In this document: one piece after another, positions 39,001-52,867 of the stretch
How positions within the stretch are numbered: position 1 is the first letter of the stretch
Layout: each line of letters begins with the position of its first letter
Origin: Cycas panzhihuaensis
Taxonomy: Eukaryota; Plantae; Cycadophyta
DNA: 64,000 nucleotides
Direction: 5' to 3'
NCBI GenBank assembly: GCA_023213395.1
Contig: CM041465.1
Coordinates: 123,015,741 to 123,079,740 of the forward strand
Made by a program: the position numbers and the translations under genes
The notes under the pieces: generated by a model
Told to the model about the DNA's origin: nothing
Databases searched by the model: none
The model's input: the letters and a program-made list of their open reading frames with translations, nothing else

Positions 39001-41501
39001 AATTAAGATGGAAGTGGAAAAACTCCTAGATGCGGGTCTAATCACTTCCATTAATTACCCCAAATGGGTTTCTAACATTGGCCCTGTCACCAAAAAGAAT
39101 GAGACGATATAGATTTGCATTGACTTCTGAGACATAAACAACACATTCCCTAAAGACAATTTTTCTTTGCCCTTTATTGATCAAATCATTGATCGCATTA
39201 CCGATTTCGAAGTCATGCCTTTGATGGATGGCTTCTTCAGATATAACCAAATACAGATATCTCCTAAAAACTATCACAAAACAACCTTCACCACTCCATG
39301 GGGCATATTCACCTACAAGGCCATGCCTTTTAGGCTAAAAAATGTACGTGCTACCTATGAAAGGGTGATGCAATCTGTCTTCCATGACCTCATAAATAAA
39401 ACTCTTAAGGTCTTTATGGATGACATGATGGGTCTCTCTTGCAAGAGATCCCACCACCATGAGGATTTGTGTGCCATCTTGATGTGATGTTACAAATACC
39501 ATGTTAGTCTAAACTCGCTTAAATGTGTATTTCCATAACTACTAGTAAGCTTTTAGGCTTTCTTGTCCTTAAAAAAGGGATCCAGATTGACCCTGATAAG
39601 GTTAAAGGTATTCTTGACATGCCCCTGCCTAAAGCACAATGCCAAATAAAGTCATTTTTAGGCAAGTTAGGCTTCCTCAGGCATTTCCTGGTAGACTTCT
39701 CTATAAATGCCAAACCCCTAACTAATTTGTTAAAGAAGGAGGCCCTATTTGTTTAGTTTACCAAAGCCCAAGAAGCATTCCAAGAACTCAAAAAGCCCTT
39801 GGCTTCTACCATGATCCTAGCGCCCCCTCTCTTTGATCATCATTTCATCCTTTATACCTTGACCACTAATGAGTCCTTGGGGGCCATGCTTGCCCAAGAA
39901 AATGATTTGGGAACCAAGCGTGCCATATATTTCATCAGCCACACATTAGTTATGGCTAAGCTCAACTATTCCTCTACTAAAAAGGAGTGCCTAGCCTTAG
40001 TCCACACGACTAAGAAGTTTAGACACTACCTTCTTGGGAATACCACTCATGTGATCATGCAAACTGATCCCTTAAGATACCTTTTGACTCGGTTTGACTT
40101 GACTTGAAGGATAAGTAAATGGGCCATCCTCCTTCAAGAATATGACCTCAAAATCATCAATAGGAAATTGAAGAAAGGAATGGTAGTTACCGAGCAACTA
40201 GTTGATACCTTTGTTCCTAACCCTTTGAACCTTCTAGTTGACGATTCCTTGCCCAAAGAGCCTATCTTAATCATCTAAGACTTGTCACCCCATCCACTAG
40301 CTGGTAGTGAATGGTATTGGGACATTGTACAATATCTTACCCAGCACCAGTACCATCTTAACGCTAGAGACAAGGTAAAGTTATGAGTTAGGGCTACTGC
40401 TAGGCAATATTTCCTTATAAAATAAGTATTGTATAAGAGATCTCTTGATGGGTTCCTCCTTCACTGCGTTAACCCTGGCGAAGCAAAATAAATCCTCTGT
40501 GAATGCCCCAACAGCATTTATGGAGGCCATTTCGGGGGTCAATCCATAGCCCAGAGGATCCTGTGCATGGGATATTACTAGCTGTCTCTCTTAAAAGATG
40601 CCCATACCTATGTGCTATGTTGTCGAAGGTGCCAAGAGTATGCCAACATCGTCCACTTACCTTCTAAGGCCCTACATCCTATCATCTCCTCATGGCCTTT
40701 TTCCTAATAGGGATTAGACCTTATCAGAGCCATAACTCTACCCTCCTTATCGTAACATAAGTTCATCTTAACCACTACAAAATACTTTACCAAATAGGTT
40801 GAAGTTGTCTCATTATCATCTACTACTGGTAAGGCTATCACTACTTTTATATATCAGCATATTATTTATCAATTCAAGGTCCCAATAAAGAGATGGATGA
40901 ACTTTGTGGAAAGTTCAAGATATCCCACAAGACCTCGTCTCCTTATTATCCCTAGGCCAATGGGTAGATTAAATCCTTCAATAAATTCCTCATTAACATC
41001 TTAAAGAAAATAGTGGCCCAATCCCAAATCCCTTCCACTTTACAAGCTTATCGTACTTCCATTAACATGGCTACAGGGATGACCCCATTCTCCCTCACAT
41101 ATGGGACTGAAGCGGTCCTCCCATTGGAAGTTGAGATCCCTTCTTTATAGGTTTCTCTTCGAGGTCTTGTTGATGAGGAATTATGCCACTAGGCCTACCT
41201 CCTAGATCTTGAAGCCTTAGATGAGAAATGCTTGATGGCTTACCAAGCAAACATTGCCTCCAAGGTTAAGGCATGAAGAACATATGACAAATGTCTTCAT
41301 CCTCACCCTCTAAATCTAGGGGACCACATCCTCAAGCTTGAGTATCTCCATGATCATCTATCCAAGTTTGGGCCTAAATGGATTGGCCCTTTAGTCATTC
41401 TCAAGAGCCTCGATAATGACGCGTATAGGATAGCAACTTTGGAGGGTCTTGAATTCGAGAAAGCTGTGAATGACACGTTTCTAAAGAAGTTTTACATGTG
41501 A
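36050..41501 (+). pseudogene. Tat gag-PR-RT-RH-INT (many stops and frameshifts)
   Basis: gag KLFPHSL..DALKWF and KWCSIHGECFH; PR IDNGSSVN; RT MDGFFRYNQI and VFMDDMM; RH LGAMLAQE...EYDL; INT GGHFGG...CRRCQ and WPFS..GLDLI; ends KKFYM*. Confidence 0.93.
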
Positions 41502-42399
41502 CCCTTTCTACTCCTAAGCAAAATAGTCACACCTATCTTTCACTTTGAAATGAGCCTAAATTACCACTCTAAGCATTACCATTGTTCCTCCTAGTCAAAT
41601 ATGCGATGATTGTTTAGAGTAGCCTCCCATCCCTTGGACTGTATTATTGGTATTGCATCTCTTTGTCTCCTTTCCAAGGGAGATCTTCTTATTTCCTAGT
41701 TGGGTAAGTAAGTCTCGTTTGCTTTTTAGCATGAAGTTTCTTCCCAACCTAGGCCCTTTTGTTTGGGCATTTGTACCCCTTCGATGTTGCTTTGTACCCC
41801 TTCGATGTTGCTTCCTTTACATAGCCATCATGTTTCCTTTGGGTAATATACGTGGTGCCTTCTCATAACCTCATATGTAACCATCACCTGTATGCGTGGT
41901 GCGTGTGTGTGGCTAGTATGAATATAGTACTACATTAAAGAAAGCACGTGAGTACCATCTACATATAATATAATCAAAACCATAACATAACCATCAAAGT
42001 AAAACTATCTAAGTGCATAGTCCCTTGTGCATCCATGCACCCATATCCATATATGCTCATGTCCACTTCTATACATCATACAAATAAACATACTACATCA
42101 CAAATAAAATAATAGCATCATGAACATAAAACATCATTATCATGTATCAAAATAGGGTACCAATGTATCCCTTATCTATATGTATAAAATCACATGGTAC
42201 ATCAAAATCATATGGTACATTACCTCAACAATATACCCTAGGAAGCTAGAATCCTTGTAGGTAGGAGTACAATTATATATCTGCATGAGATGGAACTCCT
42301 TGGAGGTCCGAAGCTTTCCTGCCAAAATACATAATATACAAAGGCTCTTGGATGTCATGCCCTCAAGGGGTGTCATCCCCCCATCTGCCTAATCCCTTG

Positions 42400-44800
42400 C
42401 TAGGGGACCACATCCCTCCTACACTCCTCTAGTACCTCTGCAAGGTCCCTACCTCACTCTCCTTATCCCTGGCCCTCCATTGGGTCACGGTGATTGTATG
42501 TGTCCTACTATATGACAACCGAGTAGCCATATGGTTAATTAAGCAATTGTATCTATCTTGTAAGCGGTCCCTCTTGGCCAAGGCACAATCTCTCTCTTCC
42601 CCACGGAGGCTCTCCTCTAGTACAATAACCTGCATCTAGCTCTTATTGTCGCCTCTGCTCCTCTTAGCACCTCTTGCTCCTTGTGACTAAGCCTCCAACC
42701 CTCATATCTAGCCTTGTAGGGCATCCCTCTCTACCTGTAGACCATCTTGTACATGTTGCAACTAACTCACCCTCATGTAGAGCTCCTGTGACTCTACCAC
42801 CTATATGTCCCTAGCCTGGATTAGAGGGGTGAATGCTACTATATATAGCCTTGATGATCGAGGCTCTTCACTCTCCATGATAAGAGGCTACCCCTCCTTG
42901 TAGACCCATAGGAACAACTTGTAAACTACTACCTCTAGTAACCTCACCATCTCAACACCTCCTACCAAGCCATGAGCACCATATGCTAGTCTAAAATATA
43001 CACAAAAGCATCAAAATATAAGTATAAGCATCCAGGGAAGCAATAAATGATCAAACGAAAGTTGAAGTTAAGGGACAGTCTCACCTCCTGGGATGACAAG
43101 CTCCTCTACTCCTATGATCTCCTCCTTCGTTGTAACCCCCTTTACTACCTCCTCAACTCCTGACACTACCTCCTTGCCTACCTCGTGAACTACTGTGGTG
43201 TCTCCCCCCTTTGCTCCCTCCTCTCTAGGGACCCCTCTATCTGTTGTAGCTATCATTGCCTCCACCATAGTTATAACCGTTACTAAAAACCTACCAACAA
43301 CTCCCTCTTCTCCTACTGGCCTTGGTGGCCCTACCTCTTACTGGACCTGATGGTCCTGCCCCATCATCACCATCACCGCCATCCTCATCTCCTCTATCAT
43401 CGGGCTCATCCCTTAACTATCCTCCCTCATCGTCACTCTCCTAGTGGATTGCTCGGTATGGGTCCACTATGTAGTTTGTGAGAGTAAGGAGATCCAATGA
43501 TGTGGCTGCCACAAAATACCTCACGTGCACCTAGTCCTCGATGACTCTGAATTAGTCTACCATTAATGAACCATTAAACCTCTCACTGATATAGGATGGG
43601 GCCCTCCTAGTGGAGCCACTCCCCTGAAGTAGTAAAAACTAGCATTAGAGTAGCATGCAGTATGAAAATCCTCCTCTCATGGCTGCTCTGATATGGTCTA
43701 ACTATGCCATGAGGTTAGTTACTATTAAGGCGACCTAGTCAAAGCTCTCCCTGGCCTCGCATTGTCTGATCATGGTCATCTAGTCTCTGGGTATATCTTT
43801 GTAGTTCTATTTCTAAGATATCTGGAACAAAATAACCAAAGTAATTAGTTTCCTCACTCAAGGAACTCTAGAAAGAACCATCACTTGTACTGATACTCCT
43901 TGCCAATCCCATTGGCCCCTCCTTGTAAAACGTCTAGCTGCCTCCCTATGAGTAGCATTAGTAGGGGTAGAGTACCCAAGGAAGCTGGCATACCCCCAAC
44001 ATCCTCCTAATGTCCATAGGCGTGATAGCAACATCTCCTACTTACGGGAGGTGGAATACATGCCTCCTCCTATCCTAATGGGATGTGATATCCACCAGTA
44101 ACCTCTGATTCAACATATAGTATGGTGTCTTAATCACCTTTAGCAACCAGCAACACTATAAGGTACTCCTCTCCTACCTAGTCATCATCTCAATAAAGCT
44201 CATCATCACCATGTCGATATTCTTGTGGTTGTCAACCACGAGAACAACCTATAAATCATAAAATCCAGTAAACCATAAAATCACTAGTTAATGGGCCATT
44301 CATGTCTCATTACCATATATCATCCCCCCTCTAGATGGTTTGAGCCAACCTAAACCAGGCAAATCCATCCAGTTTGATCAGTTTTTTCTTTTTTTCCTTG
44401 TTAGGCCTCCGCCCTGCATCAATATTTGTGGTATAGTAGATATTGATGCGGACCCCGCTGAGAGTTTCTACACCCTTAATGAGCCTCACTATAAACTTTG
44501 TGGCACTATAACAAGTGTCACAGGGCCGTAGATACCCCTTTAAAAAATGGGGATGGCCGTAAAAATCCCAAAATTTTATCTAAGTAGACCTAGCTTAGTC
44601 CACTGGGACTAGGGCTACGTAATGCCCTAGTCCTCCCTCTCCCTAAGCCTTCAATGAGCTCCAGGGGGTCCCCATGGCCCTTGTGGGGCCCAAAATTTGT
44701 AAAAAATTATATTAAATTTAAATGATAAAATGAAAAGCTTAGGGCATAATCCACTCACTAGGTTTGGTCTGATTGCAACCATCTTATTGTCTCGGTCTCA
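42400..44800 (-). pseudogene. Antisense multi-exon accessory gene: PMD (plant mobile domain)-like N-terminus, acidic linker, coiled-coil C-terminus
   Basis: 43995-44113 translates as LNQRLLVDITSH*DRRRHVFHLP*VGDVAITPMDIRRMLG, compared with the PMD motif ALVERW.PETHTFHLP.GE.TITL.DV..ILG. Canonical GT-AG intron at 42991-43084. Confidence 0.7.
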
Positions 44801-45520
44801 ACGGTTGTCTCCTCGCCTCAATCCAATAGTTAAATCTTCTAGTGTGTGCTTGTGTAGGGTAATGAAGCCTCACTGCTTATATGGGAGGGCTTCAAATCTC
44901 ATAAGGGGCCCGCAAAATTGAAACATATTTTTGACCCCTCACCCCTTTTTATTCGTGGAGCCTCCCTAAGCACCACTTATGTTTTCTTTAGCGTGATAGT
45001 CCTTAAGACCAGCTTTTCATCCCCATCTTCTTTGCCTTTAAGGTTTGATCGCTATTCCACTCCTAGAGCCTCTTTTTTTACCTCATTTTTATGAATTTAT
45101 GACAGATCCCTCCATCTCCCTAGAAGTCCATTTGTCTTGTTTTTTGTGCCACTCCAAAACATGCTAATGTTTATACTCCTTTGGCTTGTTTTAGCATCCT
45201 AGATCTGTTTTTGCCATTCATTTGAGCCCTTGAGACTCCCAAGGAGAGCTCCTCCTCCCTTCTAGGCCTTCGTTAGCCCTTTCATGACCCCCAAGAGTCT
45301 CGAAGGAGCATGTTTGCTAACCTATTCTTGCCCTTCTGCCAGGTAAGCCTTCCATGAGCCTAGTAGCCTGTCTTAAGGGCTCTCTTATCCTTTCATAACT
45401 TATACATCTAGCCCTTCTGAGCTATTGTAACCTCGTTGCTACCTTTTCTCCACCTCGACAGTGCCATCACCAGTCCTTTTGTGATTCAATCTAAATTCCC
45501 TCCTTCTCACCATAGTTCTA

Positions 45521-45934
45521 CTGATCTTCACTGAAGGTGGTAGTCGCGACAACCCTGAGCCTTCTACAGCTCTGTGGATGCTTCGTGATCCCTCCAGAAA
45601 TAACTACATATGCTCTTGAGTTTACCTACTCAAGGCTACGAATAATGAGGCTGAATACATAGCTATTATCGAAGCCCTTACTAATGCACTCTGCTTTTAT
45701 CATGGCCCTATCACCCTCCATTGTGACTCATAGATCGTCATGTCGCAACTAACCTAGGTTTACTAGGTTCATTACCCATGATTGAGGTCCCTCGCATCGA
45801 CCGCTAAGTCGTTGTTATCTCACTTTTCCTCCATGGATATCTGGCACATTCATCAAGATCTAAATGTTGAGGTAGATGGCCTCATCCAATGCATCCTCAA
45901 GCATCGTCTTTCCCTCCTAGACAACACTCCCTAG
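45521..45934 (+). pseudogene. Additional archaeal-type RNase H (aRH), separate from pol
   Basis: Single frame: LIFTEGGSRDNP...KATNNEAEYIAIIEAL...LHCDS*IVMSQ...WHIHQDLNVEVDGL. Not in the ORF track because of in-frame stops. Confidence 0.9.
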
Positions 45935-46434
45935 GTGACCTAATGGGTTGGCTCATCATGTAGACTTCTAGATCATCATCCATTTTTTATTGCAACTATC
46001 CTCACAGCTCTGAAAGTAAGCCACTAATAAGGTTAAACTATGGTGACCATAGGTTTGATTCTTTGCTCTACCCTCATACCATCCGTAGCATGATGTTTCT
46101 ACACATTGACTCTCCATATGCACAGCTTTTTTTTTAATTTCTATTTGCTTATTAATTATGTTTACAACTCTGCATAGCACTCACATTGTGCATGTAGGCG
46201 ATGGGGGCACCCCCTACATCCCCCATTCCTTCATACGACACTCTTGGGTGACGTATGGGTAGCCCCCACACTGCTCTATTTCTATCTTTATCCAGGTGAT
46301 CCATCACGACATTCACCACTCCCCTTAGATGATGACATAATTACAGTGGTAGATGCTACTAACTCTTTTGTGTTGACAATATTCACCATCGTCAGGTGCT
46401 CCCAAGCGACGAGGTTCTATTACCAAGGGGGCAG

Positions 46435-49400
46435 TATTTCCCAGCTACTAGAAATGGACATGGATAACATCCCATAGGTAAGTATAGGTATGCATCTCTA
46501 CCCCTAGCCTCATTCACTTTATGGTATGATGAGATGTTTGTATGGTTCTATTGGTGTGGCATCGTTACATAGGTTGTTTTAATGCCTGGTTTGCTTGTCT
46601 AATTTGTGTATGTGAATGTGATCCAGCCTATGATGACTCAGGACCATGGTCTTATGGCACTACATAGCTCCAAGAGACATCTCCCTAGTATTCTTGGGTA
46701 GTTGCAAGCCCCTGCAGCCCACTTTGACTCATATTTAGCCTCTTACATGGTCCCCAAGGTGGATCTTCGACTTATTTGCCTATTTCACCCTTTTTACACA
46801 CTTTAGATGCCTCCACCACTGCCTAGAGTCCCTTAAGACCCTTACCAGTCCACCAAATTCTATTCTTACACCTCAGAACTGATCTTTTTGGGGATTTCCT
46901 AGGTCCTTTTTTATTTTTTCTTATGTTTTCCCTGCACCATAACAATATTCGTGATACTGCGTTAATAATTGCAGTGTCATGAAGTTTCTTCATGGTGTTG
47001 TCCATAGACTACATGACGGATAATGGGAAGATTTACATTTATTACAAATTTGACACATGATAGAGGGTATTTTTTTGCCCATACTGAACCCTAATCACTC
47101 TAAAAACCTAATTAGGACATAAAAGCCTAATTTCAAATTCATTTTCACTCTCTCACGAATGAAAAATAGCCTCCTTCTCCTCTCTTCTTCTTCTTTTACC
47201 TACTCAGTTGTGACAACGTATAAACCCTAATCTACAAGTCTAAAAGAGAGGTTTACCATCGAGACAACTCTCTTCTAGGGCTTATCAAGGCAACAACAGT
47301 AAGCTCTCTAAGTTTCAAGGTCCTTTCTCCTCTAAAAAGGGTCTCCTTCACCCTAGAAGCATGGTTTTTCAGCTCCTTTTCTCTTGATTGTGAGGTAACA
47401 CTTTGTTATCTAATTTTATGGCTGAAAGTAGGTCCTTTTTTGTTGTTCTTTTTTGAATAAGTTTATTTTATTAGTTGTACCTTTCATTACATGCTTTGGC
47501 ACATACTTTACTCTATCTTTTGATAAGCAAAGGGAGGCAAAACCTCCCATTTTCCCTTGGTTGGTATCTTCAAACCCTTGGGTTCTCACTAGTAAGTAAT
47601 TGGATAGGTTTGGGACATTTTTGAGAAGGGAAAGAGGAGCAAATGGTTGGAGTTCTAACTCCTAATGCCATATCCTTAAGGTCAACCCTCTACTTCTCAA
47701 GATTTCTCTACACTATACCCACTCCATGAGCTAGGGCATCATATAGGGTGTAAGCCCTTTCATGTTTACAGTGATTACAACACTTGCATTCTATAGTTTA
47801 CTTCTTCTTTTATAATATTTACAATTCTTGTATGTTTTGCAACCTTTGCGACATTTGCAACCTTTGTGATATTTGCAACTTTTGCGGCATATGCAACTTT
47901 TGCAACATTTACAATTTCTTGCAAGCTTTTGGTTCCAGGTTGCTTGAATATTTTTATTTCTACCCAACCCACTTATGTAGTACCTATATATATAAGAGGT
48001 GACTCATTCACAGGAGCTAGCCATTTCGAGGCTATCATCCTCTTCTCTCTCAAATCCCTCTTTTTCCTCAAAGGTTTTATGAGGACATTTATTTGTCTAA
48101 AGGAAAAATAGCATACTGTTTTACTTCTTTCTTTTGGAATATAAAATAAACTTTACCTCCACTTTGATAAGGCACACACACGCCATTATATATGTGCATA
48201 TACTTGTTTATTGTTTGAGAGTTTCACTTGTATGAAAGATAAGGCATCCTCCCAAGCAAGTGGGATTGCATCATAACAAAGAGGTACATTTCTCCTTAGA
48301 GCATATACTTTTCTTTGATTCCCTTTTTAGATTTCCTTTCAGATCTCTTTGCTTTATAAATACTTTGGGGAAGGTAAGGGAGCCCCTCTTATGGCTTCAT
48401 CTACAACACTCATCATGACTTGGAACACGAAGCCATGAATGAGGGAAACGTGAGGAGAAGAGTGTGTCATCTCACCAACTGGCATACCTCTTGGTGCACC
48501 TCTCATAAACTCTTCTCTCTCCCTCCTTTTATTCCCCCCCCCCCCCCCCCAACCCCCCTTTCCTAAAAGAAATCTACTTATGCTTGCATATGGGTTGCAA
48601 CCTTTATTTTACATATTTACACTCATAGGAAGGGGATATAAAGGGGATATGTATATGCTTGCATTCTTGTCTTCCCACTTCCTCCCTTTGTTGTGAAGAG
48701 AATAAGATAATAAAGATCTTTCTTTTCTCCCTTATTTGGATATGCATAGGAAGGTAGCATGACTAGATGCATTTCTTTTTAAGAAAGAAAAGGATAAACT
48801 AACAAAAGAACCTTCCTTTCCTTGCCATTGCCTCTTTGCATTTCACATGTATACTGCACACAAAGACAAGACTAGGAAAGCATAATCTGGTTGAAAGTAT
48901 CCTTTTTTAGCATCAAAAGAAAAGGCTCACATAAATCATTTATGTCTCCCCTCTCTTTTACCCCCCCTCCCTTAAATCATTCTTCTTCAGATAAAGGAAA
49001 AGAGAGTGAGGTTAAAAGAGAGCATTGTTATTTATTTGTATTCTTTTCTCAAGGCCAATACATTGATTTTTACCATCTCATCTCACAACCAAAATAAAGG
49101 ATACAATATAAACTATAACTAAGCAAACCTTGCACTTAGAACAAATCCTAAAGGCAAACCCTTTAGGTAACCTTAAAGACACCTCTATAATAATCTTATC
49201 CTTTAGATTTGGTTCCTATATATACTAAATCTCCCCTTATTCTTCAACCGACCACTTCCCTTCTCTTGCTTCTAGGTTCCCACTTTGTAAGGAACCGTCT
49301 TTTCCTCTCTTCTCCTCTCTAGAAGAGGGCCTTTTCTCTCCTTCCTTTCACCTTAAGGATATGAGAGCTCTCCCTTAGGCTACTTGGTAAATTGAGAATA

Positions 49401-49606
49401 CCCTTGCCCAATCCAGATCTTGGAAGGTACTCGTGCTAAGGGGAAATCTGAAGTGATATTCATGGGTCCATGAATCTACGTTTCGAGGCACAGATGCCCT
49501 TTGAGGGTGGCCTATCCTCCCTCCTAAGACCCTTAAGCCCCTATTATAGTTGTAGTATTAGCTTAGGTATTCTTAATCGTAGTGACCCCCCAGAGGCGTG
49601 CTTTCA
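46435..49606 (+). repeat. 3' LTR of Tat element (3172 bp)
   Basis: Follows the PPT, ends GCTTTCA before the TSD, and shares the 18-bp TTGCAACATTTACAA-type microrepeats. Confidence 0.93.
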
Positions 49607-52516
49607 CATGGCTAGTTAGATTTCTCATTGGCAAACATGAATAAACAACATCATTTATTATCTTTCAACTAGACAATCTTAAAAGTTAAATATTAGCTAA
49701 ATAACATTAACAACTAATTTGGTATATCAATTAAATAATCACTTGAGACTTCTCTCTATGTGTTATTAACATGTGGAGTCTTTTAATCTCCTTATCTTTC
49801 CATCATTAAAAATAAACTGTGCCTTTAATCAAGTACTAAGTGGTGTCATTTTTCATCAAATAGATGTTTTTTAATCATTAAAATAACTATATGATTTGTC
49901 ATTTGACTAGTGGAGTTCTTTAATAAATTAAATGATTAATTTTCTAAGGGGGAATTTTCATATCAAACATATCAATAAATTCTCATATCCATTTCATATC
50001 AAATATCCCCCCCTTTAAATTTTTTTCAACTAATTTTGAGCTTTCAAATGTCATAAAATTTAGTATACAAATAAAAGTTTTACAATTTTTTATAAATTTT
50101 AGAATTCAATAAACCCCTCAGCTAATCAACAGGAGGTCACATGGAGCCCTCACATAACCAGGAGCTAATTTACAAAGGGGGTAGATCTCAACTCAAAATA
50201 AATCAAATTGAATTATTTCTATAATTATAAATTTAATTAATTTTTGAAATCCATGGTCACTTCTATTAAGGATCGCATATATTTTCTTGATATACTAGCA
50301 CTTTTTTTACTATAATTTCATACTAAGATATCAAAAATAGGTGTTGTCAATTGTATTGGAAAGAGAACTTTAAGATGATCAAAATGAATGGTTATAAGGC
50401 ATATTTTAGACAACAGATGATAAAGAAATTGATGGGTAAAGTTGATAGCAGTCTTTTAAATCTCATAGAAGCTACATTCTATAACCTTTTTTAGAAAGCT
50501 AATGAGATTGCTCTAGTACTATGTTAGAATTTATAATTGCACTCTAATACCATATTAGAAATGTAGAGTAACACACTAGAATTATAATATATATGAATAA
50601 TAGTGGAAAATCTCATAAGTTATATGCATATATAAAGTATATCAAGAATAGAAATTAAAACACGCATTAATAAGCATCATAAGCATTCATCATAAGAGAG
50701 ACAACATATTTATACATGGAAGACCTAGTATAGGAAAAACCATAGGATAAGGTAGAGTTTGGAGCTCATTTTTATGATTAGAATTAATGCATCTCCTTTC
50801 TCAAGATATAAAGCGGTGTGTATTTATATTTATATCAAGATTCACCTCATGAGTAGCCTATTATATCTCTTAACCCTTTACATCATCTAATAGCATAATT
50901 ACATGAATATATTTATATCTCACATATATCAATATATGTGATTAGTGAGATTGTATATGTATCATATTACATAAATATTAAACATTACATATGCGATTAA
51001 ATCACATATTCTAATACAAGGGAAGAAATTATAGATATAACACATTTTTTAGTAATCAACTAGCTCGAGTAACAAAGGTAAGACACTCTTCATGGTGGCT
51101 TCATAAATAAGTCCAAAGGTATATGATATTTAAGAAATTAACTTAGGGGCTTCTAAATACATGACAAGCATGATTGAATGGCTCAAGCATATGGGAAGTA
51201 ACTAGGAAGATAATCATATTAAGTAATAATAAAGTATCAAATACAAAAAGAATATAAGAGATTCTATTCATCATATCTAATGGAGAGGACTACTCTATTA
51301 AGGATGTGATGTACATAGTAGGATTGAAGAATAACTTGATTTTTATTAGCCATATTAAAGATAACAACATGAATATTTGCTTTAAGGATAAAAAGGCTAC
51401 TACCAATGACTTTGATGGGAAAGTTGTTGTAGAAGGTATTAGAGATAATGATCTTTATAAGTTCTTAGGAAAATTTGTAGACCAAAGAGTAGTAATTATT
51501 AATGTATCTTATAAAATTCAATTATAGCATGGGAGAATGGGTCATTTACACTACTTCTATCTTCATTTACTGTATAAACTAAATATGGTGTATGGTCTTT
51601 CAAAATTCATACTAGTGAATAACATCTGGGAACCTTGTGTTATAAGAAAATCAACATAGGGAGAAGTTCTAAAAAGATAAATATTTGAGAGTAACTAAAA
51701 AGCTAAGCCTTATCCACTTAAATATTTATAATCTAATTCTAATCACTTCACTGAAGGAACTATAATTATGGAAAACATGGTAGAACATAAAAGAGATAAT
51801 CATAAATCAATATATCATTGTTGCATAGTAGCATAAACACATAAAACTTGCATATGCAATCAATGTTGTGAAGAGAGTATTACAAATGTCCATAATGAAG
51901 GTGGTGTCTAAAGACACTAGGTTTGCACACCCCTCAAATTATATAGTTTGGGGGAGAAGGGAAACTCCTTAATCCCTAAAATTTAAATAACAATAAAATA
52001 ATATGAACTTAACTCAAATTAAATCAAATCTTACCTTATACTTACCTACACATGTGAGCACCCACATGTGTAAATTGATGAGTATGAGGTGTGCACTCCT
52101 AGTTGGAAGGTGAGAGTGGGATGATGAGCATTAACCTCAACATTCTCCTCCTTAATGATCATCATGAACAATATCTTCTCTTTAAACTTGTAGAATTTGT
52201 ACTTGAAAAAAACTTTGAAGATTTATCTTTTGGCTTGATCATTATCAACTTACTTTATCCTTTTACCAATATGTATGTCTTCATTATTGAATGGTGCAAA
52301 AAATCTGTAAGTAAATGAAGCTTAATTTGAATGTATATGTGTGGCTACAACTTTGACTTTGTCAACTGAAACTTTAAGAAAACTTTGAACTTGAATTTTA
52401 TCTTCTGAAAACTTTATGTTATATGCAACTATCATATCATCATATCTCTCCCCCTCAAATGGAGGATTAGGTTCTTATACAATAAGATGATCATGCATTT
52501 AATTTGAATCTTGCTT

Positions 52517-52867
52517 AGTCTTTTCATAATAATCCATATGTTCTGGCACTCGTCTCATATGCTCAATATCAATATTAGATTTATTGAGGGTATCTCCCTT
52601 ATAAGTAGAAATCAATATGTCCCATATGGATTTAGAAGTTGTTAATTCACAAACTTTAGAAAAGACATCATCATCTATAGTGCAAAAAAGAAAAGCTAAT
52701 ACTTCATTATCTTTTTTAATATTTTTCTTAACATTAACATCATAATCATTCTGTAAGTAAGTCTAAATACCATGCGTAATAAAATAATGTTGCATTGTTT
52801 GATGCCATAGTGAAAAATTATGGCCATCAAAGATAAGAAATTTTACTTGATCAAGATTAGTTGCCAT
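52517..52867 (-). pseudogene. Truncated Copia gag N-terminus
   Basis: MATNLDQVKFLIFDGHNFSLWHQTMQHYF...IDDDVFSKVCELTTSKSIWDILISTYKG. Confidence 0.8.

Larger units (their letters stand above)
31407..49606 (+). mobile_element. Giant Ty3/Gypsy Tat-lineage element, 18.2 kb, TSD CATGG
   Basis: CATGG at 31402-31406 and 49607-49611. LTRs ~3.2 kb. PBS TGGCAACCATACTAAGGA at 34624 (resembles the Tat/Ogre TGGCGAC... type). PPT AAGGGGGCAG at 46425-46434. Confidence 0.95.
30061..51016 (-). mobile_element. Non-autonomous Copia-type LTR element (~2.75 kb of own sequence) inserted in the old Copia's gag; hosts the Tat element
   Basis: 495-bp LTRs at 30061-30555 and 50522-51016. PPT (reverse complement CCCCCCTTT) at 30556, PBS remnant at 50510-50521. 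TSD GAAGG/CAAGG. No coding domains recognised internally. Confidence 0.88.
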
